A stretch of DNA of 64,000 nt from an uncultured Chlamydiales bacterium (lineage in GTDB: Bacteria; Chlamydiota; Chlamydiia; Chlamydiales; JAAKFR01). The translations under genes and the position numbers were made by a program. Below the pieces are notes generated by a model that had not been told where the DNA came from, made no database searches, and was given only the letters and a program-made list of their open reading frames with translations. Each line of letters begins with the position of its first letter. Position 1 is the first letter of the stretch. Location of the stretch: NCBI GenBank assembly GCA_963699155.1, contig OY969414.1, positions 779,757 through 843,756 on the forward strand, in the 5' to 3' direction. Below are positions 32,207 through 43,131 of the stretch, one piece after another.

Positions 32207-33166
32207 TTAAGCACGAGGATGGGTCTTGTCGTAGACCTCTTTCTTCAGCTTGGGGGAGACGTGAGTATAGATGGTGGTGGTGGCGAGGGAGGTGTGGCCC
32301 AGGAGGAGCTGGATCGTTTTGAGGTCCATGCCGTTCTCGAGCCAGTGGGTGGCGATGGTGTGGCGGATGGTGTGGGGGGTGATGTGGCCGGCAAGGCCAC
32401 TCGACTTGAGGTAGGCGTCAAAGTTGCGGTCGACGGAGCGGGTGGAGAGGCGGGTACCGAGTTTGTTGAGGAAGATCGTGTGGGGGTCGGCTTCGGCTCT
32501 GTGGCCGTCGGCGTCCTGGTGGCGCTCGTGGTGGTTGAGATAGGCGGTGATCCAGTCGGCCGCGTTTTTGGTGATGGGGACGATTCGCTCTTTTTTCCCT
32601 TTACCACGCACTTTGAGAATGAGGGAAGAAAGGTCGCAGTCAGCACGATTGAGCCCCACCAGCTCACTGACGCGTAGTCCTGAGCTATAAAAGAGCTCCA
32701 TGATGCAACGGTCGCGGAAGCCGAGATAATCGTTAGTGTCGGGTTGATCGAAGAGGCGCAGAACATGATCATAGGAGAGAGAGACGGGGATCCGCTTCTC
32801 CAATTTGGGGCTTTCCAGCTCCTCTGCGGGACTTTTCTCTATCCATTTTTGGCGCACACAGAAGTTAAAAAAGGTACGTAAGGAAGAGAGGCGCCTGACT
32901 ATCGTCCTTTTCTGGATCTTGGCCTCGGCCAGGGAGGCGAGAAAATGACGGAGAGTTTTGCGATCAATCTGATCGAGTGAGATCGTCTCTTTTGAGAGGG
33001 GATGTGGAATGTGGCTGATCTTTGTCCCCTGTTTTTCAGCAGGAAGATCACGTTCTAGGAACTGTTTGAGGGCATTCAGATCGATGGCATAATTGCGGAT
33101 CGTATGCTCTGAAGCATTTTTGACGGCGCGTAAGTAGTCGAGGAATTGATAGGCTTCGTGGATCAT
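32207..33166 (-). CDS. xerC: Tyrosine recombinase XerC
   Basis: SGLRVSE, GKGKKER, HTIRHTIATH, LLGH, TTIY. Confidence 0.9.
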   Translation of the reverse strand: MIHEAYQFLDYLRAVKNASEHTIRNYAIDLNALKQFLERDLPAEKQGTKISHIPHPLSKETISLDQIDRKTLRHFLASLAEAKIQKRTIVRRLSSLRTFFNFCVRQKWIEKSPAEELESPKLEKRIPVSLSYDHVLRLFDQPDTNDYLGFRDRCIMELFYSSGLRVSELVGLNRADCDLSSLILKVRGKGKKERIVPITKNAADWITAYLNHHERHQDADGHRAEADPHTIFLNKLGTRLSTRSVDRNFDAYLKSSGLAGHITPHTIRHTIATHWLENGMDLKTIQLLLGHTSLATTTIYTHVSPKLKKEVYDKTHPRA

Positions 33167-33197
33167 ACTTTAAAAGTATGATGCATCGCTCTATTTG

Positions 33198-34103
33198 TCA
33201 AATGTTGAACACTTTCAGATCTTCTGCGGCATGAGTATTTGAAAAAATTGTGCGCGCTTCGTTTTCAAAGTCGCGCGGATTGAGATAGCGGGCTGAGAAG
33301 TGGGTGAGCACTAAGATTTCGACACCTGCTTCTTTGGCAATCGCTGCAGCCTGCTTTGCTGTGAGATGGTAATGCTTCTCAGCCAGATCATGATGCTCTT
33401 CGAGGTAGGTGCTCTCACACAAAAGAAGTTTCGCTCCCTTGGCAATCTCCACAGCACTTTTGCAGGGCCGCGTATCACTGACGATGGCGATCGCATCTCC
33501 TTTGCGGATCCAGCTCACCTCATCGAGCAAGACCCTTCTTCCCTCGATCTCGAGCTCTCCCTTTTCTTCGAGAGTGCGCACCAATGGTCCTAAAACTTTG
33601 GCCTCTTTCAGCTTGTTTGCATCAAATTTCCGCTTATCCGGCTCGGTAATTCTCCAGGCAATATTGTCGACCCCATGCTCCAAAAAGGCTGCCTCGATGC
33701 GAAAATGGCCATCCTCTTCAACGAGCCCCGCTTTGCTGACAGGATGTTCCACCACTTGAATCGTTTCATGATAGATCGTTCCATAGCGGAGACGATCAAA
33801 GTACTTTTTGCCGCTTGCAGGGTAGTAGCAGTGGACAGGATGGTTCACCTTATCCAGATTGAGCCGCATCAACATCGATCCCAGCCCCAAACAGTGATCT
33901 CCATGGAAATGGCTGACAAAGATCCGCGTCACACAGGTGGGTGCCACATTGGCGAAGATGAACTGCCTCTGGGTCCCTTCCCCCGGATCAAAGAGCAACC
34001 CCTCATCATTCCAGCGAAAAAGATAGGCCCCATGGTTCCGCCTCCTCGTCGGCTGCTGGCTCGACGACCCCAAAATAATCAAATCTTTCACAGACATAGC
34101 CAA
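33198..34103 (-). CDS. rnz: Ribonuclease Z
   Basis: [21 protein letters not shown]. Confidence 0.93.
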   Translation of the reverse strand: MAMSVKDLIILGSSSQQPTRRRNHGAYLFRWNDEGLLFDPGEGTQRQFIFANVAPTCVTRIFVSHFHGDHCLGLGSMLMRLNLDKVNHPVHCYYPASGKKYFDRLRYGTIYHETIQVVEHPVSKAGLVEEDGHFRIEAAFLEHGVDNIAWRITEPDKRKFDANKLKEAKVLGPLVRTLEEKGELEIEGRRVLLDEVSWIRKGDAIAIVSDTRPCKSAVEIAKGAKLLLCESTYLEEHHDLAEKHYHLTAKQAAAIAKEAGVEILVLTHFSARYLNPRDFENEARTIFSNTHAAEDLKVFNI

Positions 34104-34124
34104 TAAGAATACAAAGACTTTCGT

Positions 34125-34297
34125 AATAATTCAACGCAAAGACGCTAAGGAATGTGGCCGACAGTCTAAATCGCGCAAAATATTCCTACAAATTCAACGC
34201 AAAGACGCAAAGACGCAGAGACGCAAAGAAAAAAAGGCCGCTTCGCGTACCCTCCTCTTTGCTTCTTTGCGTCTCTGCGTCTTTGCGTTGAATTATT
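34125..34297. repeat. Palindromic element built of ACGCA(A/G)AG octamers
   Basis: Arm 34191-34230 inverted to 34263-34297; partial arm at 34125-34145. Confidence 0.85.
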
Positions 34298-34298
34298 A

Positions 34299-34685
34299 CT
34301 AAACTTTAGCTTCAGTAGACTTTGGTTTTTTTGGCTTTTTAGTGGGAGGGGGTGGGGGAGGGGGTTGGCGGACGCGCATGTAGTCGACGAGGTCGATTTT
34401 GTTTTTGCGGGCGGTGGATCGCATGATGCAGTCGAGGGTGATGGTGGGGATGAGGAGGACGATGAAGGCGCCGACGCCGAAAAGGGGGGTGGTGCTGGGA
34501 AGGTAGTCGGCCGAGGTGAGGCCGATCAGGACTGCTGTTGCGAGGAGAGCTACGACTGAGGCGAGCATGAAGATATTGGCGCTCACGCGCAAACAGTCCA
34601 GTTTTTTATAGACTCTGCGATCGGGAGGGGGAGCGTGAAGTGAAACTGAGGAGCTCAAGGAAGAAGAGATAGACGTAGAGGACAT
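34299..34685 (-). CDS. Inc-like protein
   Basis: Ser-rich N-terminus, bilobed hydrophobic domain, poly-Pro/Lys tail. Confidence 0.65.
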   Translation of the reverse strand: MSSTSISSSLSSSVSLHAPPPDRRVYKKLDCLRVSANIFMLASVVALLATAVLIGLTSADYLPSTTPLFGVGAFIVLLIPTITLDCIMRSTARKNKIDLVDYMRVRQPPPPPPPTKKPKKPKSTEAKV

Positions 34686-34687
34686 AA

Positions 34688-35842
34688 TTAACTTTTGACA
34701 CGCTGTTGAAGGGCAAAGAAACGGAGCCTGCCGAGAAGGTATCCGAGAAGACCGCCGGCTATGTGGGCACTATTGGCGATGGTGATGGAGCTTTCAAAGC
34801 CGCTCGTCAACTGCAAGAAAAAGAAGATGAACTGCAGCAGGAACATGCCCACCACGAAAATGGCGAGGAAAATGAGGGTGAAACGCTGGAGGAGGTAACC
34901 CTCCCAGGGCGCTACCTGCTGTCTGGCCCAGATAAAGGCAGCCATGCCGACAACGATGCCTGAGAGACCCATAAAGAAGGGGCCGCTCATCAAATATTGA
35001 GCGGTGTTGGAAACAATTCCCGTGAGGAGAATAAAAATGAGGTAGCGAAAGGATCCCATTCGATATTCGATCTGATTGCCCAGCAGAATGAACCAGATGA
35101 GGTTGAAGAAAATGTGGAGCAGATCGAGGTGGAGAAGAGCCGGTGTAAATAGGCGCCACACCTGCCCCTCACCGATTTTTTCAAAAAGAGGACCCTTGTA
35201 GGCTAATGGATAGTTGCCATTCTTGAAATGGTTGACGATCCTTTCGTAAATGCCCATCCAGACAGGGGTCTGACGCATCTCTTGGAGAATTTTTCGCGCT
35301 TCGGGCGAAGGGGGGTTTTGGCGTTCAATTTCAATGGGGGTATAGACTTTGAGTAAGCGATCTCTGAGTTGAAAATAGAGAGGATAGTCATAGATCAGAG
35401 CTGTTTCTAAGGTGGAGAGAGTGGGTGCCTGGATGACACCTGGGATCGCAGGCGGGGTCAAGTGGCCTCTTTGCAGAAGGGAGAGTAAAAAGAGCGAAAC
35501 GGTCAAGAAGAGCACGACGATGGAGATAGGGCCATATGGGGAGGGTGAAAGGATACGACGTCGACGAGGTACTGGCTGTTCTTCATCGCTCGCTGGTGCG
35601 CCACGATCAGCGTGCCCTCTGATTTTTGTCTGGTAACGGGAATCAGTGGGATTAGCTTGATATTCTCTGTAGAGGGCTTGGGCCTGCTCGACCTGATCTT
35701 CGTCATAGACCCAGATCCGATATTGCTCCTTTCCCTGGGGACTCTCCTCACATTCGTTTTTGATGCCTTGTGAGGTTAAATAATAAGAAAAGGCAGAAGG
35801 GTTTTCGCGCTCAGTGGCAGTGATTGTACAAATCAGCCTCAT
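34688..35842 (-). CDS. Rhomboid intramembrane protease (GlpG-like)
   Basis: WRLFTP, HIFFN, GLSG, AHIAG. Confidence 0.9.
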   Translation of the reverse strand: MRLICTITATERENPSAFSYYLTSQGIKNECEESPQGKEQYRIWVYDEDQVEQAQALYREYQANPTDSRYQTKIRGHADRGAPASDEEQPVPRRRRILSPSPYGPISIVVLFLTVSLFLLSLLQRGHLTPPAIPGVIQAPTLSTLETALIYDYPLYFQLRDRLLKVYTPIEIERQNPPSPEARKILQEMRQTPVWMGIYERIVNHFKNGNYPLAYKGPLFEKIGEGQVWRLFTPALLHLDLLHIFFNLIWFILLGNQIEYRMGSFRYLIFILLTGIVSNTAQYLMSGPFFMGLSGIVVGMAAFIWARQQVAPWEGYLLQRFTLIFLAIFVVGMFLLQFIFFFLQLTSGFESSITIANSAHIAGGLLGYLLGRLRFFALQQRVKS

Positions 35843-36336
35843 GAACTCCTAAGAATCGTAGAAATAATCTCTGAAGTAGCAAGCCCAGGGATACGATCGA
35901 CAAGATGAACTTTTCCTCCATACTGTTTGACTACTTCGGATTCGATGCAATTTTCGCCATATTCGATGCCGTTGACATGCACATCAGGTCGAATTTTGGC
36001 TAAGATCGCCCGGGGATCTGTCTCATCAAACCAGGTCAAATAGTCGATAAAAGCAATGGCTGAAAGCATTTCCAAACGGTATTCAAGGTGAATAATGGGT
36101 CGCTTAGGGCTTTTATAGGCCTTGACTGAGGCATCAGTATTGACAGCGACAATGAGGATGTCGGCTACTTTCGATGCTTCATAGATCATATACATGTGAC
36201 CGGCATGGAGAAGGTCAAAAGAGCCATTGAGCGTGGCAATGCGCTTGCCCTGTCGTCTTAGATTCTCAACTCTCTTTTCTAAGAGCGCCGGTTCGATCAG
36301 TTTACTCGTTCTATACTCTTGCCAACTCGGCTTCAT
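35839..36336 (-). CDS. Heptose-1-phosphate adenylyltransferase (RfaE domain II)
   Basis: NGSFDLLHAGH, NTDASV. Confidence 0.88.
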   Translation of the reverse strand: MKPSWQEYRTSKLIEPALLEKRVENLRRQGKRIATLNGSFDLLHAGHMYMIYEASKVADILIVAVNTDASVKAYKSPKRPIIHLEYRLEMLSAIAFIDYLTWFDETDPRAILAKIRPDVHVNGIEYGENCIESEVVKQYGGKVHLVDRIPGLATSEIISTILRSS

Positions 36337-38786
36337 GCAGGCAACTCCGGGAAAGCGATCGGGTAGATTTCGTCATAATGCTCCACAAAATGGACACCGA
36401 TCCCTTTTTTTAAATAGTCTGGCAGCTCATCAAAATCGCGCTGATTATCTTTTGGCATGATGAGCACCTCTAGGCCCGACCTGCGCGCTGCGATTAATTT
36501 TTCACGGATACCACCGACACCGAGAATGCGACCTGTCAACGTGATCTCGCCTGTCATCGCTAAGTTGTCTAAAACAGGTGTATCGAGAAGGAGAGAGAGG
36601 AGTGCCGTCACCATCGTCGTTCCAGCTGAGGGGCCATCTTTCGGGGTTGCCCCTTCGGGAATGTGGATGTGGACTTGCGATTTTTCGAAGAAGGTATAGC
36701 CCGGTGCATATTTATAGACAGCGCTGTGCAGATAGCTCCAAGCAATTTGTGACGATTCTTTCATCACATCGCCTGCCTGCCCTGTCAGATGCATATCGGT
36801 GCGTTCTCCGGCGACTTTGATCGCTTCAATATAGAGGGTGGCGCCTCCATGAGAGGTCCAGGCCAGCCCTGTCGCCACACCCACAGGGGTTCTTTCGTAA
36901 AAGCGATCGCTGAGAAAGATCGGTTTTCCGAGATATTCTGTCAGATTGTTTTTGGTGATCGTATGCTTCACTATTTTTTTGCGTCCGCCCCGTTCCCTCC
37001 CTTTGACCACCTCTAGGGCAATTTTTCTCAGAATTTTTTTGATCTGATTTTCGAGATTTCGTACCCCTGATTCCCTCGCATAGCCATTGATGATAACGCG
37101 GAGTGCATCTAGGGTAAAGGAGACGTCGTTGGCATTTAACCCCATCTGCTTGCGGGCTCTCGGCAGGAGATATTTTTTTGCGATTTCGATCTTTTCTTCC
37201 ATGATATAGCCCGAAAGGCGGAGCATTTCCATCCGGTCGATAAGGGGCTCTGGAATCGTATCGGGCATATTGGCCGTCACGATAAAGAGGATATTAGAGA
37301 GATCGACGCGGACATCGAGATAGTGGTCGAGAAAGTCGCGGTTTTGTTCAGGGTCGAGCACTTCGAGAAGAGCAGAAGCAGGATCGCCCTGATAACTTAC
37401 CCCCATCTTGTCCACCTCGTCGAGCATGATGACCGGATTCATCGTTTGGCTATACTTCAGCGCCTGGACCATTTTGCCCGGCATTGCTCCGATATAGGTG
37501 CGCCTGTGGCCTTTGATCTCGGCTTCATCGCGCATGCCACCTACAGAAAAGCGGAAGAATTTGCGGTTGAGGGCGCGCGCGATGCTTTTGCCAATACTCG
37601 TTTTACCAACACCCGGTGGCCCGACGAGGCAGAGAATGCTCCCCTTTACACCCCCTGTCAGCTTGCCGACGCTGATTAACTCTAAAATGCGCTGCTTGAT
37701 ATCTTCCAATCCATAGTGGTCTTTGTGAAGAATCGCTTCCGCTTTGATCAGATCGTGCCGCTCTTTGCTATACATGCCCCAGGGCACAATGGTGAGCCAG
37801 TCAAGATAGTTCCGGCAGACGCCGTATTCAGCAGAGGCAGAGTCCAAGGTTTGCAGCTTCTCCATCTCTTCTTGGACCGTCTCCATCGCTTGTGGAGGAA
37901 CTGTGCGCTTTTTCAGCCGCGCATCAAACTTTTCCGTGTCGATTGACTTCTCTTCTTTTTCGATCCCCAGCTCTTTTTTGATCGTTTTGAGTTGTTCACG
38001 TAAGAAGAACTCTTTCTGAGTTTTGGAGATCGTCGCTTCGATCTTCTGGTTGATGCTACTCTGGAGGCGGCTTAAGTCGAGCTCCTTCTTTAAGAGCGCT
38101 AGCGCCTTTGTGATGCGCAACTCCATATCAAACGCTTCCAATACCTCTTGCAGCTCTTCCCGAGTCGCAGTGGTCAACGCAACGGCAAAATCGGCTAATT
38201 TGCCAGGCTCAGTAAAGTCGGAGTGGCCTAAAAAGATCTGGAGCTCCTCTTTAAAGAGAGGATTGAGTTTGAGCAGCTCCTTGATCACCGAAATGATGTT
38301 GATCGAATAGGCCTTCAATTCATCGGTAATCGTATGACTTTCGGGATGATAGGCCACATGGGCGCGGAGAAACTTGTCTTCTCCCTTCACGGGACGGACG
38401 ATTTCGACACGCTCTTCCATATTCAAGATCACCTGTGCACCGCCGCCCTCCACAGGAATGATACGGAGAATGCGCGCTAACACACCGACCTTATAGAGAT
38501 TGGAGAAGCCCACTTTGTAGATGTTGGCATTCTCTTTCTTCGTTAAAACCAGGGCGATATATTTCTCTTCCTGTTTCGCCACCATCTTTAACACTTCATA
38601 GAAGGGGCCAGGCTCGATCATCACGGGAGCCGCCATACCGGGGAAAAAGGGACGTCTGTTCAAGGGAAGCACATAGACTTCACTGGGATAGCGGGGAGTG
38701 AGAGGCGCATTCGTTTCAAAGGCTTCTTCGAGAGCATCTTCGAGCTCAGCTTCGAAAGAAGTATCATGTTCTTGGTTCTTATCCAA
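36333..38786 (-). CDS. lon: Lon protease
   Basis: GPPGVGKT, PKDGPSAG. Confidence 0.97.
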   Translation of the reverse strand: MDKNQEHDTSFEAELEDALEEAFETNAPLTPRYPSEVYVLPLNRRPFFPGMAAPVMIEPGPFYEVLKMVAKQEEKYIALVLTKKENANIYKVGFSNLYKVGVLARILRIIPVEGGGAQVILNMEERVEIVRPVKGEDKFLRAHVAYHPESHTITDELKAYSINIISVIKELLKLNPLFKEELQIFLGHSDFTEPGKLADFAVALTTATREELQEVLEAFDMELRITKALALLKKELDLSRLQSSINQKIEATISKTQKEFFLREQLKTIKKELGIEKEEKSIDTEKFDARLKKRTVPPQAMETVQEEMEKLQTLDSASAEYGVCRNYLDWLTIVPWGMYSKERHDLIKAEAILHKDHYGLEDIKQRILELISVGKLTGGVKGSILCLVGPPGVGKTSIGKSIARALNRKFFRFSVGGMRDEAEIKGHRRTYIGAMPGKMVQALKYSQTMNPVIMLDEVDKMGVSYQGDPASALLEVLDPEQNRDFLDHYLDVRVDLSNILFIVTANMPDTIPEPLIDRMEMLRLSGYIMEEKIEIAKKYLLPRARKQMGLNANDVSFTLDALRVIINGYARESGVRNLENQIKKILRKIALEVVKGRERGGRKKIVKHTITKNNLTEYLGKPIFLSDRFYERTPVGVATGLAWTSHGGATLYIEAIKVAGERTDMHLTGQAGDVMKESSQIAWSYLHSAVYKYAPGYTFFEKSQVHIHIPEGATPKDGPSAGTTMVTALLSLLLDTPVLDNLAMTGEITLTGRILGVGGIREKLIAARRSGLEVLIMPKDNQRDFDELPDYLKKGIGVHFVEHYDEIYPIAFPELPA

Positions 38787-38903
38787 TGTTAGACCTTAAT
38801 AGATTAACGGTTCAGTGTAACAACGCCCTTCAAAAGATGCAAGAGATGGAATATATATCTTTTAATTAAACCTTAGATTACCATATTATTTTAATTTCTT
38901 TAT

Positions 38904-39491
38904 ATGTCAGTTATAAATACGTTAATCATAGACACAAGCACTGATAAACCGATCATTATTTTTTCAAAGGGTACAACTGTTTTATTGAAAATTGAATTGC
39001 CCGCAGGAATGCCCACATCCCGCTACCTTTTAAGCTCTATTTCTGAAGGGGTTAAGCAGTTAAACTTTCAAATAAATGCTCTAGCTGTAAGCGTAGGACC
39101 CGGCTCTTATACCGGCATCCGTGTAGGCGTTGCGGCAGCCAAAGGGCTCGCTTTTCCCCGCTCATTGCCCCTCGTCGGATTCTGCTCTCTTGAGGGATTT
39201 ATCCCCTCAGTCGATGGCCGCTTTGCCTCACTCATCGAGGCACGTCTAGGAGGCTCCTATATCCTCCTCCAAGAGCGGCATGGTCGGAAAATTATCCCTC
39301 ACTCCACTCCAGCCTTCATTCCCAAAGAGGAGCTCGCACTCTATTTAGCCGACTGGCCACTCCAAGTAGGTCCCCACCTCTGCTATCCTGACGCTCACCA
39401 TCTTGCTCATCTCTCTGCTCAGAAATTAGCAGAAAATCAAAAGAAAGATTTAGAAATTCTCTATTTACGCACACCAATCTATCGTAAGTAA
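38904..39491 (+). CDS. tsaB: t6A biosynthesis protein TsaB
   Basis: IDTS, GPGSYTGIRVG. Confidence 0.9.
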   Translation: MSVINTLIIDTSTDKPIIIFSKGTTVLLKIELPAGMPTSRYLLSSISEGVKQLNFQINALAVSVGPGSYTGIRVGVAAAKGLAFPRSLPLVGFCSLEGFIPSVDGRFASLIEARLGGSYILLQERHGRKIIPHSTPAFIPKEELALYLADWPLQVGPHLCYPDAHHLAHLSAQKLAENQKKDLEILYLRTPIYRK

Positions 39492-39518
39492 TAAGAAAAT
39501 GATGTATAGTTCTCCCCT

Positions 39519-40130
39519 ATGGAAGTCTCTGCTGAAGTCGATCTATTTTCTACCTGGCTCCTTCAATATGGCAGCTTCGTTCTCTTCTTTCTGCTCTCCC
39601 TCGGCATTTTAGCTCTCCCCGTTCCCGAGGAAACCCTGATGGTCATGTCTGGGGTTCTCATGAGTAAGGGTAAGCTCAATATCCCGCTAACCATTTTCTT
39701 CTGCTATGCTGGGGCTATCGCCGGCATCACCACGAGCTATCTTTTGGGCCGCACAGCGGGCCACTTCCTCATCACAAAGTATGGCCGCTGGGTCGGGATC
39801 ACTCCTGCCCGCCTCGAGGTCGCCCATCAGTGGTTCAGCCGCCTTGGCAAATGGCTCCTGATGGTCGGCTACTTCATTCCTGGGGTTCGCCACCTCACCG
39901 GCTTCTCCGCCGGCACTACCAGGATGGAATACCCCACATTCGCCCTCTTCGCCTATACAGGCGCCATCCTCTGGGTCTCCCTCTTCCTCGCCCTCGGCTA
40001 CTTCCTCGGTGGCTACTGCCTCAACTTCTACAACGAGCTTGAGGAGATCGACATCGTCAGCATTGCGATCATCATCCTCGCCATCCTCGTCACCATCTTT
40101 TTCATCCGCCGCCGCTCCCGCAAAACCTAA
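39519..40130 (+). CDS. DedA family membrane protein
   Basis: LPVPEE, SYLLGR, FIPGVR. Confidence 0.9.
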   Translation: MEVSAEVDLFSTWLLQYGSFVLFFLLSLGILALPVPEETLMVMSGVLMSKGKLNIPLTIFFCYAGAIAGITTSYLLGRTAGHFLITKYGRWVGITPARLEVAHQWFSRLGKWLLMVGYFIPGVRHLTGFSAGTTRMEYPTFALFAYTGAILWVSLFLALGYFLGGYCLNFYNELEEIDIVSIAIIILAILVTIFFIRRRSRKT

Positions 40131-40167
40131 AAATTTCAAAAAAAACCAGCATGAAAAAAAATCTTTA

Positions 40168-41041
40168 CTAAACAGAAAGGATAGGGATGAAAAAATCTTT
40201 CAGGAAAAGTATGACTTCTTCCAAGGTGACATGCTCTTCCCCGATATTCCTGAGAAAAAAATCCCAGCGTTCCATGATTTTAGGGGATTTGTAAAATGCT
40301 TCTGAAAATGCATGTGGGTTCTGATCTACGATGGTTTTCCTATTTGAAAACACTTTGAGAAGAATGGGTTTCATTTCTTGTGGTCGAATTTGGAACTGCT
40401 GGATCATTTTCCAAATATCGTAAAAATCTTTCATGCGGGTATTTGCTAGCCCTAGTTTGATGATTGCGTCCATTTTTTCTGCGATCATCGTCTCTGGTGT
40501 ATACCCCTTCAACTGAGGGCATGGAAACTCCAATAACGTGGGATAGTTCAAATCCACAGGTTGAGGAAATATTTTGTCGTTAAATCCGATGTCGATTCTC
40601 AAAGGAAGTTTGGTCGATTCTCAAAGGAAGTTTGGCTGAAAAAAGTTGTGCAAAAAATCGAGCAGACAGTCCAATGTATTCCGTTTCAATTTGAGATTCA
40701 ATGACTTTTATTTCTTTTGTATCAAATTTAATACCATCTGGTTGCACAGAAAAATCACAAATTTCTCTAAGGGATCGTCTTATATTATCGTTTGAGTTAC
40801 CAACTTTAGCAAGTAGATCAATATCCAATGTGGTGCGATGTGTTTCTGGGTTCCATACTTTAAGCATCAGTCCCCCTTTCAGAAAAAAAGTCTCTTTGTG
40901 TGGAGAAAGACTGAGCCGGTATAAAAACCGTTCCATCGCATAATAACGGAGAATTTCCTGAGTAGGGCGCTTTTTCTTTAAAGCAATATTCTTCAATTTT
41001 GTGTAAACAGACTCTTCCAGATTCTTTTTCTCACTATTCAC
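40168..41041 (-). pseudogene. AbiEii nucleotidyltransferase toxin, frameshifted
   Basis: LKGG, RTTLDIDL, AEK, RMKDFYD; split by 22-bp duplication at 40591-40634. Confidence 0.88.
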
Positions 41042-41656
41042 TCAACCACTCACTATTGTTTCCATGATTGGGGCTAAAATTCTCACAACTCTGCATATTT
41101 TTGCAAAATCGTACAGCTTGTCGAGGTTTGTGCGTCCCTGTCGCCAATACTCTTTGAAAGCCTCTAAAACAACATCCATTCCGATCTTTTGTCTGAACTT
41201 CAAACAGTCAGCCAATGTCTTTTCGATGCTATAAATCCTAACTTGGCACCCATCGATAGAGATAGTTTCGATGCCCTCGTGATAGGAAGCATTACTGTAT
41301 AGAAAACATCTTAGAGGAGGATATTCTATTTTGGGGATTCTGGATGCCTTTGGAAGAGCAATATCCACAGCATGAGGAATTTGAGTAGTCAAATTATAGT
41401 ATGAAAGAGCGGAGATCAAACAAATCACACCTTTAGGAATCTTTTTTGCGACAATTACCAAATCAGGTTCCGAAAAATCAGGTAATGAAACTAAACGAAA
41501 TACTCCTCTTCCAAGAGATTCAATGATCCTCTCATCCCTCATTCTGTAAAGATCTCTCGGATGAATGCCTAATTGTAGAGCCTCCGAAGTTCGTAATGTA
41601 CCACCCTTCTGTCTAAAAATATCTATGCGCTTCTCTTCTCTGGATCCACTTTCCAT
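41042..41656 (-). CDS. AbiEi antitoxin (type IV TA)
   Basis: N-terminal wHTH (GRGVFRL), CLISAL, EKTLAD; directly upstream of AbiEii. Confidence 0.85.
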   Translation of the reverse strand: MESGSREEKRIDIFRQKGGTLRTSEALQLGIHPRDLYRMRDERIIESLGRGVFRLVSLPDFSEPDLVIVAKKIPKGVICLISALSYYNLTTQIPHAVDIALPKASRIPKIEYPPLRCFLYSNASYHEGIETISIDGCQVRIYSIEKTLADCLKFRQKIGMDVVLEAFKEYWRQGRTNLDKLYDFAKICRVVRILAPIMETIVSG

Positions 41657-41868
41657 ATAAAAATCTAATTAAGATTGCTGGATAAAAATGCTGGTTGTTT
41701 TTCGTTTCTAAAGGCAATTCTATCCACATTGTCTAAAAAAATCTAGGGAATCTTCATCTTCATGATCCACTGCACATTCGCGAAAAAAATCAAAAATTTA
41801 ATAATATATTAATAATTATCAATTATAATATTTAATAAAAAATTAAATATGAGGTAACTATGTCAATT

Positions 41869-43125
41869 TGGTAACACCTGGGAAAAGCTGGACCCCTCAA
41901 AATTAGAACACTTAAGTTGCATGGGAACCGTCTCTTTTGAAAGGCTAAAGGAAAAAATTTTCGGGATTAAGAGAATAACGGGATTATAAGACTTTATTGA
42001 AAAATTGAGCCCGTATAAGCTGTCTTATCTTGTAAACTTAAGAGAGGTCATATGGGGCTCAGCACATATAGTATGATGATGAAAGGAACACCGCAAGAAT
42101 ATCTTTTTCAATTTAAGAAGCAGGTTGTTAAAAGTGCTCAAGCAGAAGGAATTAAGCCTGCGATGAGAAGGTGGGGCTTAGGTAGAAATACCATCCGACG
42201 TTGGTTGAGAAACTTTGAAGCGGAAGGGAATAAAGGTCTTTATGACAAAAGAAAAGGCCCTAACCATATTCCCCACAAGATTTCCCCAGAGCTAGAGAAG
42301 AAAATTATCCAAGCCCGCCACGAAGTGCCTTGTTATGGCCCCAGAAGATTGAAGTATTTTTTCAATATAGAGTGCTCATTAGATGCTATCTACAGGGTGC
42401 TTAAACAAAACGGTCTCACTGTCAAGAGACGCAAAAAATATCAAAAGAAGAACGATTTGAGAGAGGCTAAAGCAAAGTATCAGGCTTTTGGTCATATGCA
42501 AATGGATTTAAAGTATTTAAGGGATATTCCTAACTACTGGGGATAACTTAAACCTTTAAAGCTTCCACGTTTTCAATACACTGTGAGAGATACCAAATCA
42601 GGTATGCTCTTTCTAGGCTTTTCGGATGAGCTTTCAGAACTTAATGCGAGAACGATGATCGATTATGTGTTAAGACGCTTACGCTCACAAATGCCCGATA
42701 AAAAGATCATTGTGCAAACAGATAATGGTGTGGAATTTGGAGGAACAACAAGACATTTTGAGAAATCTCCCTTTTGCCAAGCTGTGCAGGCCCATGGCGG
42801 AGAGCATCTCTTCATTCCTCCGAAGCTGTGCAATGCAAATGGCGATGTGGAAAGTCTCCACAACCTTATTGAGACAGAGTTTTTTGATATTGCTAAATTT
42901 GAATCTAGGGAAGATTTTATCCGAAAAGCTGAGAGCTACCGACTCTTTTTCAATTTAGAAAGGCCTAATAGCTATAAAGGAGGCAAAACACCCTGGCTGA
43001 TTGCCCAGCAGGACTGGGCAGATAATGATCTAGCTAGTTATGCTGCAATAATAGAAACCGTCGATTTAGATAAAATGACCGTAACTGGTTATTCTAAGCG
43101 GGGTCCAGGTCTACCCAATTCTCCC
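41869..43125 (+). mobile_element. IS element (IS481-like DDE transposase) with 15-bp flanking direct repeat
   Basis: gtaactatgtcaatt at 41854-41868 and 43126-43140; imperfect subterminal IR tggg....ctggacccc. Confidence 0.85.
42052..43125 (+). pseudogene. Transposase with in-frame TAA
   Basis: HTH + QMD, QTDNG, VES; stop at 42544-42546, same frame continues. Confidence 0.85.
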
Positions 43126-43131
43126 GTAACT

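Noticed and set aside
32219..32772. Long alternative-frame ORFs over xerC (likewise icd, dedA, helicase, dnaX, pgm)
   Set aside because: Low-complexity shadow ORFs caused by stop depletion in C-skewed tracts.
32207..33166. xerC as prophage or island integrase
   Set aside because: Housekeeping context next to rnz; no phage genes.
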